64,000 nucleotides of DNA from an uncultured Spirochaetota bacterium (GTDB lineage Bacteria > Spirochaetota > Brevinematia > Brevinematales > JAOACQ01), in the NCBI GenBank assembly GCA_963835575.1, contig CAWIGG010000002.1, forward strand, positions 1,440,001 to 1,504,000. The letters are read 5' to 3'. The notes beneath the pieces were generated by a model. It was not told the origin of the DNA. It saw only the letters and a list, made by a program, of their open reading frames with translations, and did no database searches. A program made the translations under genes and the position numbers. Of the stretch, positions 39,890 through 50,180 are shown piece by piece (the stretch's first letter is position 1; each line of letters starts with the position of its first letter).

Positions 39890-42045
39890 TGCTTTTTTTA
39901 TTAGGATTTATTTCCATCATTTCACAATCGATTTTTTTAAAAGAACTTTCCGTCGTTTTCCGGAATAACGAAGCGGTTATCGGCATACTTTTTTTCTGGT
40001 GGCTAACCGGCTCAGGCCTCGGCAGCGCTTTATACAAAAACCTGCCGGAAAAAATAAGAAAGGCTCCCTATTCGGGACTTCTTTTATTATTGACCGCCTC
40101 TGTTTTACAGATTATTTTTATATATGCCGTCCGCGTTTCCGTCGGTTTCTTTCTGTATACAGCGGAACCGGATATGGTTCTCTTATTCCTCTTACCGGCT
40201 TTATTCCTTCTTCCGGTATCCTTTTTTATCGGAATGGCTTTTCCATCCCTGACTGTAAGTTCCCTGCCGGTCAAAACAACGTTTTCCTACTTTCTGGAAA
40301 CATCCGGCTTCTTTACAGGCGGCATGATCTTCTCCCTTTGGATCGCCGGTAATTTCGATTCCATCCTGGTTGCAGACATTATTTTAATAACTGTATTAGT
40401 TACATCATCTCTTTTCTTTATAAATAAAGTGAACAGGAAACTGTTTATTCTTTCCGGGATCCTTTTTATATTAAGTCTTGCCTTCCTTATTAACAGCAAA
40501 TTCCTGATTGATGTTTCAAGGCGCCTGGAATGGAGAAGTTCAAATCTTCTGGATTCCGGAGATTCAAAATACGGGAATATAGCCCTTGTAGATAACCGGG
40601 GCTTAAAAACACTGTATTATAACGGAAAGGTCCTCGCGAACGAACCTGCCGTTTTGCTTTCCGAAGAGAAGGCCAATATCCCCGCAATGGTCCAGGGTAA
40701 ACCGGCGCGCATTCTCATCATCGGCTATGCCGAACCCGGTTTGACAGAGGAGCTGTTGAAATATCAGCCGGAAATAATCGTCAATCTATTCATTGATGAA
40801 AAGCTTGCCGGGATTTCCCGTAAATATTTCAACGGCAGCAGCCGTATTAAATTGATTTCAATCGATCCCTCAATCTGGGTCAAAAAGGCTGGAGAGCAGT
40901 ATGACCTTATTCTGCTCAACATGCCTCTGCCGGATACCATTTCGGACAGCCGGTATTACATGCCTGCTTTTTTTAAAAATCTGAAAAGAATCCTGAAAGG
41001 CGGAGGAGTTCTAGCCATACCCCTGTTCTATGAGGAAAATTTTATATCAACCGAAACCAGAAATAATATCAGATTAATATACAGAGAATTGGAAGCTGTT
41101 TATCAATACACTGAAATGCTTCCGATGGAAAATATTTATCTTCTGGCTTCTGACCTGAAAATGAATATTACAAAGGAATACCTCAAAAAATCAATTGTTG
41201 AAAGAGAGAAGGCTTTCAATTTCAAAAAATTAAACTTTGCTTATATCAGCTATAATCTGGATGAGAATAGACAAAGGCAGATCACAGGAGAAATAACCAA
41301 TCGGGCATATCCGTATGAAGAAAGCAAAAATGCCGATTTCCGGATTTATCAAAATACCTTCAAAAAATGGCTCAAGACAAGCATTCAAGGCAAATGGTTT
41401 CCCCTTATTATTCTTCTGGCAGCGGCCGGGTTTATCATATATAGGACCCGGTTCCGTCTTGTTAAATTCTTCATGCCCGGCAGAGAAGGAGTAATCCTCT
41501 TTCTCACCGCGTTCTGCGGGATTGCCGGAGAGCTTCTGCTTATCTATCTCTATCAATTTCTTTTCGGCTATGTCTATACGGCTTTTGCCATGCTGGTGGC
41601 TTTTTTTATGCTCGGTATGAGCCTGGGCTCCGGCTGGGTCATCCGGAGAAATAAATTTCTTTCAGGTCGTAAATTTTATATCCTTCTCACTCTGGCATGG
41701 TTCATATTAATCGGAGCGCTTTTCTATGCTTACGATTATGATATTTTACAAATCAGGAGTAATCCGAGATTTATTACCGGAACATTTTTTTATATCCTGC
41801 TTTTAATCGGCGGGTTCCTGAACGGGGCGATTTTCAATCTCATCGCCGGAAGGATTGAAATAAAACATGAAGCCGCCGTTACGGCCGTAAAGACCTATTC
41901 CTATGATCTGTACGGCTCGGCGCTCGGCTCGCTTCTCTGCGCTTCCATAATATTTCCTTTTTTTGGATTTATTGGCGGCGTATTTTTCATGCTGGTTATA
42001 TTATTGATTATAAACATCTTTATCTGGAAAATGAAATATGAATAA
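39886..42045 (+). CDS. Membrane-fused spermidine synthase-like protein
   Basis: ATG 39886 overlaps the upstream TGA. TM block - Rossmann domain (DSKYGNI, RILIIG, YDLILLNMP.P, FF..LK..LK.GG) - TM block (YSYDLYGSALG). Confidence 0.78.
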   Translation: MMLFLLGFISIISQSIFLKELSVVFRNNEAVIGILFFWWLTGSGLGSALYKNLPEKIRKAPYSGLLLLLTASVLQIIFIYAVRVSVGFFLYTAEPDMVLLFLLPALFLLPVSFFIGMAFPSLTVSSLPVKTTFSYFLETSGFFTGGMIFSLWIAGNFDSILVADIILITVLVTSSLFFINKVNRKLFILSGILFILSLAFLINSKFLIDVSRRLEWRSSNLLDSGDSKYGNIALVDNRGLKTLYYNGKVLANEPAVLLSEEKANIPAMVQGKPARILIIGYAEPGLTEELLKYQPEIIVNLFIDEKLAGISRKYFNGSSRIKLISIDPSIWVKKAGEQYDLILLNMPLPDTISDSRYYMPAFFKNLKRILKGGGVLAIPLFYEENFISTETRNNIRLIYRELEAVYQYTEMLPMENIYLLASDLKMNITKEYLKKSIVEREKAFNFKKLNFAYISYNLDENRQRQITGEITNRAYPYEESKNADFRIYQNTFKKWLKTSIQGKWFPLIILLAAAGFIIYRTRFRLVKFFMPGREGVILFLTAFCGIAGELLLIYLYQFLFGYVYTAFAMLVAFFMLGMSLGSGWVIRRNKFLSGRKFYILLTLAWFILIGALFYAYDYDILQIRSNPRFITGTFFYILLLIGGFLNGAIFNLIAGRIEIKHEAAVTAVKTYSYDLYGSALGSLLCASIIFPFFGFIGGVFFMLVILLIINIFIWKMKYE

Positions 42046-43198
42046 TTTAAAGAAAAGTTTCTCCATTTTCGAATATCTCTGCCTTATATTGTCATTTTTT
42101 GTTTCTATCGTGTTCCTGGCGTTATTTTTTATGGTAAAATCACCGCTGATATTTTCAGCAATTCCCGTCAATGAATCGTATAACAGGGAAGCGCTTTACT
42201 GGGAAAGGGTTGATTCAGGCGTAAAATGCCTGCTCTGCCCTAATTACTGCTTTCTGACGGAAGGCGCAAAGGGCAAGTGCAAAGTCAGGATGAATAAAAA
42301 TAATGTCCTTTATACTGAAGTTTACGGCCAGCCGGCGGCCGTGCATGTCGACCCGATTGAAAAAAAGCCGGTATTCCATATGCTGCCTGGAAGCCTGATC
42401 TTTTCAATCGCCACGGTCGGATGCCCCTTGAAATGCTCCTTCTGCCAGAACTGGACATTATCACAATGCTATCCGGAAGAGTTTAAAGAAGACAGCGGCA
42501 GCATGATCATCCCGCCTTCCCGGATTGTTCAGGCGGCGATCCGGAACGGGAATAAATCCATTGCCTATACCTACAGCGAACCCGTCATATTTTATGAGTA
42601 TATGCTGGAGACTGCCCGGCTGGCAAAAGAGTCGGGCCTGAGGAATGTCATGGTAACATCCGGCTACATCAATGAGGAACCTATCCGCAGGATAGCCCCC
42701 TATTTTGATGTCATCAAAGTGGACCTTAAAGGCTTCAGCGAAAAATTTTATCAGGAGGAAACCGGCGGGCACCTCACCAATGTCCTCAATGTTTTAAAAA
42801 TATTAAAGGAAATGGACAAGCTTGTGGAGGTCGTAAACCTGGTTATTCCGCAGAGGAACGATAGTGATAAGGACCTCGAAAACCTCAGCCGGTGGGTGGC
42901 CGATAATCTCGGGCCGGACACGCCGATATTCTTCAGCCGGTATATCCCGAATTACAGGCTGAATAACCTGCCTCCGACGCCCCTGGAAACCCTCCTCAGG
43001 GCTAAAGCGATTGCGGAGAAAGCAGGACTCCATTTCGTCTATATCGGCAATGCGCCGGAAGCGAAAGGGGAAAACACTTATTGTCCAAACGATCACACGC
43101 TTTTGATCGAAAGGGAGGGATACTGGGTCAAAAAGAATATCCTGAAGAAAGGCCGCTGTCCGGTGTGCGGGAGATTAATACCCGGGATATGGGAATGA
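42038..43198 (+). CDS. amrS: AmmeMemoRadiSam radical SAM enzyme with N-terminal TM segment
   Basis: CLLCPNYC..GKCKVR, HVDPIEKKPVFH, GCPLKCSFCQN, AYTYSEP, VDLK, YIGN and TYCP..CPVCG motifs. Confidence 0.92.
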   Translation: MNNLKKSFSIFEYLCLILSFFVSIVFLALFFMVKSPLIFSAIPVNESYNREALYWERVDSGVKCLLCPNYCFLTEGAKGKCKVRMNKNNVLYTEVYGQPAAVHVDPIEKKPVFHMLPGSLIFSIATVGCPLKCSFCQNWTLSQCYPEEFKEDSGSMIIPPSRIVQAAIRNGNKSIAYTYSEPVIFYEYMLETARLAKESGLRNVMVTSGYINEEPIRRIAPYFDVIKVDLKGFSEKFYQEETGGHLTNVLNVLKILKEMDKLVEVVNLVIPQRNDSDKDLENLSRWVADNLGPDTPIFFSRYIPNYRLNNLPPTPLETLLRAKAIAEKAGLHFVYIGNAPEAKGENTYCPNDHTLLIEREGYWVKKNILKKGRCPVCGRLIPGIWE

Positions 43199-43275
43199 TG
43201 GGATGTATTAATTTATCTGGCGTTTTTTTATTCAAAATTGGAATGATTCATTAGTTGGTTTGGCCGCGAAAAACT

Positions 43276-43385
43276 CGGAGGATGTGGGACACATAGATAA
43301 TACAATTCTTTATAAGACAATCAGTTACAGAACATGGAAGAAAATCCACTGACACATACCTGACAAATGTAAAACGGCAATTTTA
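43276..43385. repeat. att-like repeat, copy 3
   Basis: CGGAGGATGTGGGACAC (13/17 to the tRNA end) then ATAGATAATACAATTCTTTATAAGACAATC..AGAACATGGAAGAAAATCCACTGACACATACCTGACAAA. Confidence 0.7.
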
Positions 43386-44012
43386 AAAAAAATTGAATAA
43401 ATTGTTCTAACAAAAATACCCAATGAGTAATTAAACTCTTTATTGTTTTTTTTCTCTTGTACCTATCATTTATTTTCAGGGATCTCGAAGAGAAAGGTCG
43501 TTCGCCATTCAACCATCCGAAAAGTAATTCTCCACCGGGTAGACATAAGCTTTCTGCTTAACGACTTTCAATATATATTCAGAATATGTCTTTTTTTCCG
43601 CATCAACAAGAGGTAACTATGCGCTGGGGTTAAGAAATTGCCGGGATTTTTGATGTTCTTTACGAATTTTCAGCCGGTTCATTTTTTTATTCCTTATTCA
43701 AATCGTCTCAAAAAAAACACAACGAATTTTTGTGGTTTTTTCTACCCTTAAGTAAAATTTTTCCAGTCGGGAATTATAAAAATTCCTATCAGTCAAACGT
43801 TTTAAAGGACAATTAATGTTTGTCAAGGATGCATGAAACATATGTCACCGTAAAGAAACGGAGGATGCATCCTTTGCGCCTTGTGGTGAATTAATTCCTG
43901 CATCTTGTTATCAAAAAACATCCTCTTATCATGTTTTGATTCCTTTTGAAAAACCCTGTCCTTATAATAATTTATTATATAATAATATTAATTTAAATTT
44001 AAGGAGTTTTTG

Positions 44013-45569
44013 ATGATTAAATTACAAACCCTGAAAAAGACATTAATAGGCGAGATCGCCGTGCTTTCGTATTTAGCCATGATAAAACTCATCATGCATC
44101 TCCTGACAGCGAATAAATACGGCTACTTTTGCGATGAATTATATACCATCGCCTGCGGCAAGCATCTGATGTTCGGCCTTGTGGACATGCCGCCCATCGT
44201 TCCTTTTCTTTCTATTGTCAGCGGGTCAGCATTGGGATATTCACTTTTCTCTATACATATTCTTCCTGCCGCGGCCGGCGCTTTAACCGTTTTTATGGCG
44301 GGTTTGACTGCCAAAGAAATGGGCGGGGGACGGTTCGCTCAATTTATTACAGCCGTAACTGTTTTATTAGGCCCTGTATGGCTAGCTTTCAACGCAATGT
44401 TCACCTATGACAGTTTTGATCAGCTTTTTACTATCACATTCTTTTACCTGATTGCCAGGCTTCTCAGAACCGGAAATGAAAAATTATGGATCGCTATAGG
44501 CGCGGCTGCCGGAATCGCTGTATTGACCAAATATACAATGCTGTTTTACGGAATTCCCCTGGTAATCGGCTTGATCCTGACAAAAAACAGGAAGTATTTT
44601 TTAAGCCCTTTCTTCTGGCTGGGCGGATTAGCTGCTCTTATTATCACGGCCCCTCAAATTATCTGGGAATACCAGCATGGCTGGCCGCTACTTGAATATT
44701 GGGGTAATTACTCCAAATTCAGGACCTTTATTTCTTCACCCATAGAATTTATTGGCATGAATATCATGGCCTATAATCCGTTCAGTTTTCCTCTCTGGCT
44801 GTCCGGAATTATCTATTTCTTTTTTATGAAGGAGGCAAGAGACTTCCGTCTTTTCGGTATAATTTATATCACTTCCCTGGTTATTTTTTATTTTACTAAC
44901 TCGAAAATGTATATGTCGGCGGCCTTGTATCCCATACTTTTCGCAGGAGGAGGAATTTTACTGGAAAGAACCCTGCATGGAAGATTGAAATCATGGATTA
45001 AGTTCGCTTATTTATCCCTGGTGATCGCTATGGGGATAATTTCTCTGCCGAATGGACTTCCTGTTTTTTCCCCCGACGGGATGGCCTGGTATTTTTCAGG
45101 TCAGTCCAAAATGATGGGCAATGTAAGCGTCAAAACAGATAACAGCAAACTGGAGGAGCTTCCGCTGTATTACGCTTACAGGTTCGGATGGGAAGAGACT
45201 GTAAAAAAGATAGCTGATATATATTATAATCTTACCCCTGAAGAAAGAGCCGGATGCATGCTCTTTACAGGAGATTACGGCGATGCCGGCGCGATAGACC
45301 TGCTGGGTAAGAAATATAACCTTCCGGACACCGTCTGCGGCCATTTAAGCTATGCACTATGGGGCCTCCATGATAATACAGGAAAAACAGCGATTGTGAT
45401 CGATATTCCCGTAAAACAACTGGATAAAATGTATGATCATGTTTCGGAAATGGCAAGGATCAATGTAAAATATTCCATGCCATGGCGGAGGAATCTGCCT
45501 ATTTACATATGCAGGGGCTTGAAGCGCCCTATTAATGAAACTTGGCCCGGATTGAAGCATTTTGATTAA
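44013..45569 (+). CDS. GT39/ArnT-like membrane glycosyltransferase
   Basis: YGYFCDELY..ACG.HL.FG.VDMPP, LTKYT, P.IIW..QHGWP, RFGWEE and DYGDAGAI motifs. Confidence 0.85.
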   Translation: MIKLQTLKKTLIGEIAVLSYLAMIKLIMHLLTANKYGYFCDELYTIACGKHLMFGLVDMPPIVPFLSIVSGSALGYSLFSIHILPAAAGALTVFMAGLTAKEMGGGRFAQFITAVTVLLGPVWLAFNAMFTYDSFDQLFTITFFYLIARLLRTGNEKLWIAIGAAAGIAVLTKYTMLFYGIPLVIGLILTKNRKYFLSPFFWLGGLAALIITAPQIIWEYQHGWPLLEYWGNYSKFRTFISSPIEFIGMNIMAYNPFSFPLWLSGIIYFFFMKEARDFRLFGIIYITSLVIFYFTNSKMYMSAALYPILFAGGGILLERTLHGRLKSWIKFAYLSLVIAMGIISLPNGLPVFSPDGMAWYFSGQSKMMGNVSVKTDNSKLEELPLYYAYRFGWEETVKKIADIYYNLTPEERAGCMLFTGDYGDAGAIDLLGKKYNLPDTVCGHLSYALWGLHDNTGKTAIVIDIPVKQLDKMYDHVSEMARINVKYSMPWRRNLPIYICRGLKRPINETWPGLKHFD

Positions 45570-45570
45570 A

Positions 45571-46854
45571 GGGCGGTTTTAAAAACCGCCTAATTTATCA
45601 ACACTTCCCTGATAATAGAAAATATTTTCAAAATATTTCTGCCAACAGGTTAAAAACTGTTTCTATTACCAAAATTCAGCCAAACACGGGCAATATTATC
45701 CATATCTTCTGTATTTTAAGCCGCACAAGACGCAATTCGACCTTTTACCACAACATACCGTGCTAAATTATAAACCAGATTCATCAGCCCGATTTGGCTC
45801 TCTGCCCTTTCTTTTCCTATCGATCGTATTGTACTGCCGTTCATACTATTTTCAACAAAACCAAAAACATGCTCAACACGAACTCGGATGCGGCTCTTTC
45901 TTCTATTTTTTTCTTTCTGCTTCTCCGTCAATGGCTTATTTCTGTATCCTTTTTCGTGAATCCGGTTTTTCATCTCAAATTTTTCTAATATTCCTGCTAC
46001 CGTTGGGCCAACATATGCGCTGTCCGCGTAAAACGGCTTCCCTTTGTCTTTCTCATTCAATAGAGGTTCAACTACCTGTGAATCGTGAACGCTCGCATCT
46101 GTCGTGACATAAGAACGAATAAGTTTTGACTTCACATCAACCTTTGTATGGTTTTTGTATCCGTAATGCCTCTCTTTATTCTTGGTCATCCAGCGCGCAT
46201 CCGTGTCTTTATGGGAAAGCTTATGCGTATTATCTTTCCAATCTTCCGGAACCTCGCCTTCTTTTATTTTCTTGTTTTCTTCGCGGCTGTTCCTCTGCCG
46301 GGGAACATCCACAAAACTTGCGTCTACCATAACGCCCGCTTTCCCTATCACACCTTTATTCTCAAGATTCTCATCGAATATTTTAAAAAGTTTCTCTATT
46401 GCTTTCGCTTTCATCAGTTTTTCCTTGAATTCCCAGATTTTACTGTAGTCCGGAACTTTGTCCGAAAGTGTTATCCCAAGATATCGCTGAACGGATAACC
46501 TGTCATTGATCTGAAATTCCGCTTGCTCATCGGAAAGATTGTAATACCTCTGGAATATCAGTATCTTGAACATGAAAACATAGTCATAATGTGGCGCTCC
46601 GCCCGGCGCCTTCTGCTCTTTCGGCGCCAAAATCTCTGTTAACAGCGGCCGGAACATCTCAAAGTCTACAACCCTGTTAAGCTTATCCAGCGGTGTTTTT
46701 ACGCCGCTTAGCTTTTCCATCCGCTCCTGATATTCAAACAAGTTACGGTCTTTCCGCTTAATTTTTGTCATAGCCTTACCTCTGTTTTCTTTGACTATGA
46801 TTATATGTTTTTATATACTATTTGTATATGATACGTGGGTTTTTCAAACCGCCC
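45571..46854 (-). mobile_element. IS5-family insertion sequence
   Basis: Terminal IR GGGCGGTTT(T/G)AAAAACC; 4-bp TAAA duplication (45567-45570, 46855-46858), the left copy including the upstream stop codon. Confidence 0.9.
45716..46771 (-). CDS. IS5-family transposase
   Basis: MFKIL..Q.YYNLSDEQ.E..I.DRLS, VDASFV, DTDARW, YGYKNH, YADSAY and RVRVEHVFG motifs. Confidence 0.93.
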   Translation of the reverse strand: MTKIKRKDRNLFEYQERMEKLSGVKTPLDKLNRVVDFEMFRPLLTEILAPKEQKAPGGAPHYDYVFMFKILIFQRYYNLSDEQAEFQINDRLSVQRYLGITLSDKVPDYSKIWEFKEKLMKAKAIEKLFKIFDENLENKGVIGKAGVMVDASFVDVPRQRNSREENKKIKEGEVPEDWKDNTHKLSHKDTDARWMTKNKERHYGYKNHTKVDVKSKLIRSYVTTDASVHDSQVVEPLLNEKDKGKPFYADSAYVGPTVAGILEKFEMKNRIHEKGYRNKPLTEKQKEKNRRKSRIRVRVEHVFGFVENSMNGSTIRSIGKERAESQIGLMNLVYNLARYVVVKGRIASCAA

Positions 46855-46934
46855 TAAATATAAAAGAGGAACCTGAAATAACATTTTTTGATATATTAAT
46901 AATTACCTTGAGTTTGGAAAATATACGAGTTTAA

Positions 46935-47609
46935 AGCCTTCTTCAAACTATTAGTGCACTTACCTATTTAAAAAATATTGAAGAATCAGGACTTAAACCT
47001 GATTATGTGGCAGGGCATAGTTTAGGTGAATATAATGCTTTATTTGCAGCAAATGTCTTTGATTTTAAAACAGGTATAGAATTAGTTCAATACAGAGGAC
47101 AGTTAATGGCTTATGCTAAAGGCGGGTCAATGGCAGCTGTAATTGGTCTAAATGCAGAACAGATAAGTAAAATTTTAAAAGATAATTATTTTAATACTAT
47201 TGATATTGCTAATTATAACTCACCAAAGCAAATTGTAATATCTGGAATGAAACAAGATATTGATGGTGCAAAATCAGTTTTTGAAAGTTCAGGTGCTGTA
47301 ATGTATATTCCTCTGAATGTAAGTGGAGCATTTCACTCCCGTTACATGCAAGAAGTTAAAAATAGTTTTAAAATATACTTAAACAAGTTTGAATTTAATG
47401 AACCTAAAATCGAAGTAATTGCAAATGTGAATGCTTGTCCATATGAAATAAGTAACATTAAAGAAAATCTAAGTGAGCAAATTTCTAGTTCAGTAAAGTG
47501 GGTTGAATCCGTGCAATATCTAATGGGAAAAGGAGTTAACGAATTTGAAGAGATTGGACCGGGCAAAGTTTTAAGTGGATTAATTCAGAAAATTCAAAAA
47601 GAATTATAA
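46935..47609 (+). pseudogene. 5'-truncated malonyl-CoA:ACP acyltransferase (PksC/PksE trans-AT-like)
   Basis: PDYVAGHSLGEYNALF, RGQLM, ANYNSP.Q.VISG, VSGAFHSRYM and EIGPG motifs; the N-terminal FPGQG region is missing (stop at 46932-46934). Confidence 0.8.
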
Positions 47610-47731
47610 TTTGAAATCATTTAAAAACTAAATTTTATAATGAGAAGATTTGAATCAGGCTCGCCCTAAAAAGCATAGTCTCCATGTTACATCAAAGTAA
47701 AGTTACTGAAAAATGGCTTTTTCAGGCTAAA

Positions 47732-48484
47732 CTATTTATCTATGAAACTCCATTTAGAATAAATAAATTTACTAACCCATTGATCTACAACGACTGCAGA
47801 CACGTAATTGCTATCATTCACATCAATATCTTCGAGAAGCCAATTACATTTTACAATGCTACTCTTATGAATTTCTATATTAGATTTTTTATTCGGATTG
47901 GGTGATACTGAAAACTGGTCTAGCGGCATATATAAACCTTCCCCAATGGCTTTAATAAAAGCCTCTTTTCGAGTCCAACAAGTAAAAAATGCTCTTTTTC
48001 TTATTTCACTTGGTAAAGCAAAATATTCTTCTATCTCTTTCTTAGAGAAAAATCTATTAACAATCTGGTCTGAATCAATAAAATCTTTTATATACTCAAT
48101 ATCAATTCCAACTTCTCTTTTATAAGTTATAGCATATATAATATATTGCCCTGAATGGGATAAATTAAATTTTAAGTGCTTATATTCAGGATGATTTAAA
48201 ATTAATTTCCCCCTTTTTTCAATTGAGAATTTAATTATCTTTGGTTCCATGTGAATATATTGGCTTATTATCAATCTTAGTATACCTCGTGCAATGATGT
48301 GTCGCTCAGTATCTTTTTCAAAAACAAATCTATTTGCTCTGTCTAATTCATCATTTGATATAATAGTTGATAAATACTCTTGTTTATGTTTTTCATCATC
48401 AACATTCACTAAACAGATATGCACACTATCCTCGGTAAGCTGAATATTTTCGCCCGGTTTATTCCATAAATTAATGTTTTGCAT
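47732..48484 (-). CDS. Sfp-type 4'-phosphopantetheinyl transferase
   Basis: E..RANRF, FNLSHSG, VGIDIE and FF.CWTRKEAFIKA.G.GL motifs. Confidence 0.92.
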   Translation of the reverse strand: MQNINLWNKPGENIQLTEDSVHICLVNVDDEKHKQEYLSTIISNDELDRANRFVFEKDTERHIIARGILRLIISQYIHMEPKIIKFSIEKRGKLILNHPEYKHLKFNLSHSGQYIIYAITYKREVGIDIEYIKDFIDSDQIVNRFFSKKEIEEYFALPSEIRKRAFFTCWTRKEAFIKAIGEGLYMPLDQFSVSPNPNKKSNIEIHKSSIVKCNWLLEDIDVNDSNYVSAVVVDQWVSKFIYSKWSFIDK

Positions 48485-48747
48485 TATTGCTACCTCAATA
48501 AATATTTATTTGTAATATTACAAATTCTTAAAGGGATCATACTCAATATAGAAAATGTCCATGTTATCTACAAAAAACTTTTTGTACTCATCGATCGGGT
48601 TCACATAAATAAGGGTTCTATAAATGCTCTTGCGGCAAAACAAGGAAGATAGAACGAACGGATCGATGGATTGTTCTTCTATGTTAGTCATACTGATGGC
48701 TATAGCGTAAATATACCTTAAGTTATGCAGTTTTAAGTTCTTTATTA

Positions 48748-49086
48748 CTAAAAGCAGGTAGATGGTTTTAAAGGTCTCTGATATCTGCCGAGAGGAGATG
48801 GAGAATATTTCCCCCTTTTTTTGATATTATTTGTCTTTATGCATTCTCTGTTGTTTACTCTGGGGTAGTTATCGAAGTACAAGCGGGCCAGCTCATCCGT
48901 CATCTTGACAGGCTTTTTTGTCTTAAGGTTTTGGTACTCCCTTGTAATAATTTGTAAGCGAATTTTTGACTCAATCTCATCCGTTTTCCTTTGTCGAGTT
49001 ACACTAGGAAGTTTAATTCGCTTCCGTTTTTCGTTTAAAGTTATCGATGTGTAATAAGCGCAACTATTTTTGTCCCAATATGCCAT
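48748..49086 (-). pseudogene. Possible N-terminal fragment of a tyrosine integrase
   Basis: GGAGAAGG RBS, ATG 49086; short basic beta-rich start (YYTSITLNEKRKRIKL) then helical region; no catalytic domain; preceded by arm-like repeats. The call rests mostly on context. Confidence 0.45.
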
Positions 49087-49109
49087 AAATCCTTCTCCAG
49101 TCAATAGTT

Positions 49110-49167
49110 TTGCCAGTGTCAGTAAAGCCTATAAACTAGTATAATCTACTGACAGCTGACTGGCAAG
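49110..49167. repeat. Arm-site-like CTGACA/CTGGCA repeats
   Basis: ACTGACAGCTGACTGGCAAG (49148-49167) is 14/20 identical to 43348-43367 with the same 11-bp period; inverted related copy at 49110-49123. Confidence 0.55.
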
Positions 49168-49603
49168 TTTTAGCAAATTGAAAGAAAATAGCGATATGTT
49201 TAGAAACGAAACACTTTGAAAATAAAAGAAATACGATGTTGGTTTTGCTAAAGTCGCTGTATGTAAATCAGATAGGGTGAGATAAATACAAAAATATTTT
49301 ACATACCGGAGCGCTCCAGCCTTTACTTTTTAAATAATCATATGATAATAATAGATCACGATGAGAGGCTATCCAAAGGACTTGTCCCGCGGCAGGCCTA
49401 TCTTTTTATATTTCAACTCTATTTTATAAGTTTTCAAAAGATATAAGTGTTCAAATTTGGAACAACTTCAGCGAAATTAATTATTAAAAGGTAATGAAGC
49501 TTTTTATTACTGATATAGTGATAAAATCTTAGGGATGAACGGCAATTTCCATAATATTCATGTTATTACCATTATAATTAAAAAGTTTCCTTCAGGAGTA
49601 AAT

Positions 49604-50080
49604 TCATATCCCAGACAAACTATACCCGCAGTAGATTTTTTCTTTTATGTTGATATAATTCTTCAATCCTGTTATGTATTGAAATCCCCATTTTGAGTTG
49701 TCTGATGAGAAAGTAGGGTCCCAGGCAAAATCGTACCCACCGTAAGTTTTACCATTAATATTAATATTATACTTACCGTCATTTTTGTATCGATATCCCC
49801 ACTTGGAACCATCCGGTGAAAAAGTAGGACGCCATACATCTTCGTACCCGCCGTTGGTTTCCCTAAATATAGCATTTTTTGTAAATTTTATACTGATACC
49901 CCACCTTGAAACGTCTCCAAAAAATGCTGGGGCCATTATTAAAGCACAATCGTATTCACCATAGATTTGCCCGTTAATGTTGAAATACCATATCCCGTTG
50001 GTTTTATATGAAAATCCCAATTTTGAACCGTCAGATGATAAAGAGGGACCCCATGCGTTTTCATATCCTCCATAGATTAA
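49604..50080 (-). pseudogene. Fragment of TolB/PD40-like repeat protein
   Basis: About four ~37-aa repeats YGGY..W.PTFS.DGSKWG..Y....Y.NING; the frame continues upstream of the ORF call with no proper start. Confidence 0.65.
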
Positions 50081-50098
50081 ACTTTTGGAATGAAAAAA

Positions 50099-50140
50099 TG
50101 TGATCTATTAAACCTATAATGTGATCTATTAAACCTATAA
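50099..50140. repeat. Perfect 21-bp tandem duplication
   Basis: TGTGATCTATTAAACCTATAA twice. Confidence 0.9.
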
Positions 50141-50180
50141 AGGTATTCAAATACGATTCATCATCGTTTGTATTCTTAGC

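Noticed and set aside
43400..43800. Possible degraded coding sequence on the minus strand
   Set aside because: Multiple stops and no motif I can recognise.
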